From NCBI RefSeq assembly GCF_003334785.1, contig NZ_QOWV01000062.1: a DNA stretch of 1,333 bases; one strand, 5' to 3'. The position numbers were made by a program, and so were the translations under genes. This DNA comes from Escherichia coli. GTDB lineage: Bacteria; Pseudomonadota; Gammaproteobacteria; Enterobacterales; Enterobacteriaceae. The notes below the pieces were generated by a model. The model was not told where the DNA came from. It did no database searches and saw only the letters and a list, made by a program, of their open reading frames with translations. Shown here piece after piece: positions 1 to 1,333 of this stretch; within the stretch, counting starts at the first letter, position 1; each line of letters opens with the position of its first letter.

Positions 1-138
1 AGGTGTTTGCTGTTGTTCAATGTATTGGCGGATGACGGATATTGGCGCACCTCCGCAGCTACTGGCAAAATAGCCAGGACTCCACAAAACGCCTTTGTAG
101 TAATACCTGACTGCAATATCTGGTCGATCTCGTCGCAG
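1..138 (-). pseudogene. tnpA: C-terminal remainder of tnpA, in the same frame directly downstream of the TGA at 139-141; open to the window edge
   Basis: Minus-strand codons immediately after the TGA, in the same frame, read LRRDRPDIAVRYYYKGVLWSPGYFASSCGGAPISVIRQYIEQQQTP. This resembles the conserved TnpA C-terminus (LWS.SYF...GG...RQYIEQQ), including the helix carrying the catalytic tyrosine (Tyr codon at 22-24, minus strand). There is no stop before position 1. Confidence 0.75.
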
Positions 139-426
139 TCACCTACCCGATACGCCTTTGAGGCTGTTTACCAGACTGGATATCGCCAGTTTGGGAGGAT
201 AGTTAATTAACAAATGGACGTGATCTGGTTCGCCATCCATTTCAACCAGTTCAGCTTCAAAATAAGCACATACATTTGAAAAGTAAGTGCGTAGTTTTTC
301 TGTCGCGTCATGGTCAAAAATCTGACGTCGGTATCTGGTGACAAAGACCAGGTGAACATGCATCAGGAAAACACAATGCCTTCCACGCCGGATATCGGTT
401 TCTTTTTTCACAGACCAAAGTATCAT
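139..426 (-). CDS. tnpA: IS200/IS605-family Y1 (HuH) transposase TnpA, 95-aa N-terminal segment ending at a premature in-frame TGA (139-141)
   Basis: ATG is the reverse complement of 424-426. The translation MILWSVKKETDIRRGRHCVFLMHVHLVFVTRYRRQIFDHD...PDHVHLLINYPPKLAISSLVNSLKGVSGR contains the His-hydrophobic-His motif (H-V-H, minus-strand codons at 214-222) and an upstream HVHLVFVTRYRR strand, both typical of IS200-type TnpA. At 95 aa the ORF is too short for an intact TnpA (about 130-155 aa). Confidence 0.85.
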   Translation of the reverse strand: MILWSVKKETDIRRGRHCVFLMHVHLVFVTRYRRQIFDHDATEKLRTYFSNVCAYFEAELVEMDGEPDHVHLLINYPPKLAISSLVNSLKGVSGR

Positions 427-433
427 TTGGCCT

Positions 434-1189
434 GTGAAACGACTACAAGCATTTAAATTCCAGTTAAGACCCGGTGGTCAACAGGAGCGTGAAATGAGGC
501 GCTTCGCAGGCGCATGTCGTTTCGTTTTCAATCGTGCTCTGGCACGTCAGAATGAGAATCATGAGGTCGGTAATAAATACATCCCTTACGGGAAAATGGC
601 TTCCTGGCTGGTTGAGTGGAAAAATGCCACTGAAACGCAATGGCTTAAAGATGCCCCGTCACAGCCATTGCAACAGTCACTGAAAGACCTTGAGCGGGCT
701 TACAAAAACTTCTTCCGGAAGCGGGCTGCTTTTCCCCGATTCAAAAAGCGGGGACAGAATGATGTATTCCGCTACCCGCAGGGCGTTAAGCTCGATCAGG
801 AAAACAGCCGTATTTTTCTGCCGAAACTGGGCTGGATGCGCTACCGGAACAGCCCTCAGGTCACGGGTGTTGTGAAAAATGTCACTGTCAGCCAGTCCTG
901 CGGTAAGTGGTACATCAGTATTCAGACAGAAAGTGAAGTATCAACTCCGGTTCACCCTTCAGCATCAATGGTCGGGCTGGATGCTGGCGTGGCTAAACTC
1001 GCCACGCTGTCAGATGGCACAGTCTTTGAGCCTGTAAACAGTTTTCAGAAAAACCAGAAGAAGCTGGCGAGACTTCAGCGACAGTTAAGCCGCAAGGTCA
1101 AATTCAGCGACTGCATTCCTGTATCGCAAATATCCGCAGGGACTACCTTCACAAAGTCACAACGACCGTCAGCAAAAACCACGCAATGA
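434..1189 (+). CDS. tnpB: TnpB (IS605 OrfB-type RNA-guided RuvC-like nuclease), N-terminal 251-aa segment in frame 2; the last ~25 residues are out-of-frame read-through ending at TGA 1187-1189
   Basis: GTG start at 434-436 with no ATG or other start upstream in frame. The N-terminus MKRLQAFKFQLRPGGQQEREMRRFAGACRFVFNRALA matches the conserved TnpB N-terminal pattern. Further conserved blocks follow: WLKDAPSQPLQQSLKDLERAYKNFF, FPRFKKRG, FRYPQG, VTVSQSCGKWYISI, the RuvC-I block VGLDAGVAKLATLSDG (Asp codon 980-982) and KLARLQRQLSRKVK. After about codon 1106-1108 the frame-2 translation (DCIPVSQISAGTTFTKSQRPSAKTTQ) loses all resemblance to TnpB. Confidence 0.88.
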   Translation: MKRLQAFKFQLRPGGQQEREMRRFAGACRFVFNRALARQNENHEVGNKYIPYGKMASWLVEWKNATETQWLKDAPSQPLQQSLKDLERAYKNFFRKRAAFPRFKKRGQNDVFRYPQGVKLDQENSRIFLPKLGWMRYRNSPQVTGVVKNVTVSQSCGKWYISIQTESEVSTPVHPSASMVGLDAGVAKLATLSDGTVFEPVNSFQKNQKKLARLQRQLSRKVKFSDCIPVSQISAGTTFTKSQRPSAKTTQ

Positions 1190-1333
1190 TAGTCATTGAG
1201 GATTTGAAGGTCAGCAACATGTCAAAGTCAGCAGCGGGTACGGTCAGCCAGCCGGGGCGCAATGTCCGGGCAAAATCAGGTTTAAACCGTTCGATACTGG
1301 ATCAGGGCTGGTATGAAATGCGCCGCCAGCTTG
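1102..1333 (+). pseudogene. tnpB: TnpB C-terminal continuation in frame 1, carrying the RuvC-II motif; runs off the window end
   Basis: Frame 1 is open from 1030 to the window end. From about 1102 it reads IQRLHSCIANIRRDYLHKVTTTVSKNHAMIVIEDLKVSNMSKSAAGTVSQPGRNVRAKSGLNRSILDQGWYEMRRQL. This matches the conserved TnpB segment (ARLH..IAN.R.DFLHK......N..IVIEDLNV.GM...........GW.EF.RQL as I recall it from ISDra2-type TnpB), with the RuvC-II Glu codon at 1198-1200. The start coordinate is approximate because the frame junction cannot be placed to the base. Confidence 0.78.

Larger units (their letters stand above)
1..1333. mobile_element. Internal portion of an IS200/IS605-family insertion sequence with divergent tnpA and tnpB (IS605-type layout); both element ends lie outside the window
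   Basis: Two adjacent genes whose translations carry the hallmark motifs of TnpA (HuH) and TnpB (RuvC-like), arranged head-to-head with start codons 7 bp apart. No terminal hairpins or ends are visible because both genes run off the window edges. Confidence 0.85.

Noticed and set aside
139-141. TGA in tnpA read as a sense codon (selenocysteine, or a TGA=Trp genetic code)
   Set aside because: The near-balanced GC content is unlike the AT-rich genomes that use TGA=Trp. Selenocysteine is not known in transposases and I saw no obvious SECIS-like hairpin immediately downstream. A nonsense mutation or sequencing error is more parsimonious.
7-210. 67-aa plus-strand ORF from the six-frame track
   Set aside because: It lies entirely antisense to the conserved tnpA C-terminal coding region and the HuH segment. 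Its translation has no recognisable features. Most likely a spurious shadow ORF.
206-213. 8-bp palindrome TTAATTAA (and a second, GTTTAAAC, at 1281-1288)
   Set aside because: Isolated short palindromes inside coding sequence, with no flanking repeat structure. They are expected by chance and are not the subterminal hairpins of the IS ends, which must lie outside the window.
690-875. 61-aa plus-strand ORF in an alternative frame inside tnpB
   Set aside because: Fully nested within the well-supported frame-2 tnpB coding sequence, with a Ser/Gly/Arg-rich translation typical of off-frame reads. No evidence for an overlapping gene.
1090-1189. Programmed -1 ribosomal frameshift joining the two tnpB frames (as in IS1/IS3 transposases)
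   Set aside because: No slippery heptamer of the X-XXY-YYZ type at the junction, and TnpB proteins are normally encoded in a single frame. A mutational indel is the simpler explanation. I did not assess downstream secondary structure.
1-1333. CRISPR array, tRNA, rRNA or rho-independent terminator
   Set aside because: No spaced direct repeats, no cloverleaf-compatible segments and no GC-rich hairpin followed by a T-tract were seen by eye. The window is fully accounted for by the two IS genes.

Overview
The whole window is the internal part of an IS200/IS605-family insertion sequence with the IS605-type divergent gene layout; no other gene system is visible. A Y1 (HuH) transposase gene tnpA lies on the minus strand (426 down to the window start) and the RNA-guided nuclease gene tnpB on the plus strand (GTG at 434 to the window end). 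The start codons are back-to-back, 7 bp apart. Both genes look disrupted as sequenced. tnpA has an in-frame TGA at 139-141, after the HuH motif and before the conserved C-terminal helix that carries the catalytic tyrosine in this family (minus-strand codons over 1-138). tnpB switches from frame 2 to frame 1 near 1094-1116, between the RuvC-I Asp codon (980-982) and the RuvC-II Glu codon (1198-1200). Both element ends, and the TnpB guide RNA normally encoded at the tnpB 3' end, lie outside the window. No rRNA, tRNA, CRISPR array or convincing terminator was seen. All calls rest on my own translation and on motif recognition from memory; no database search was run.
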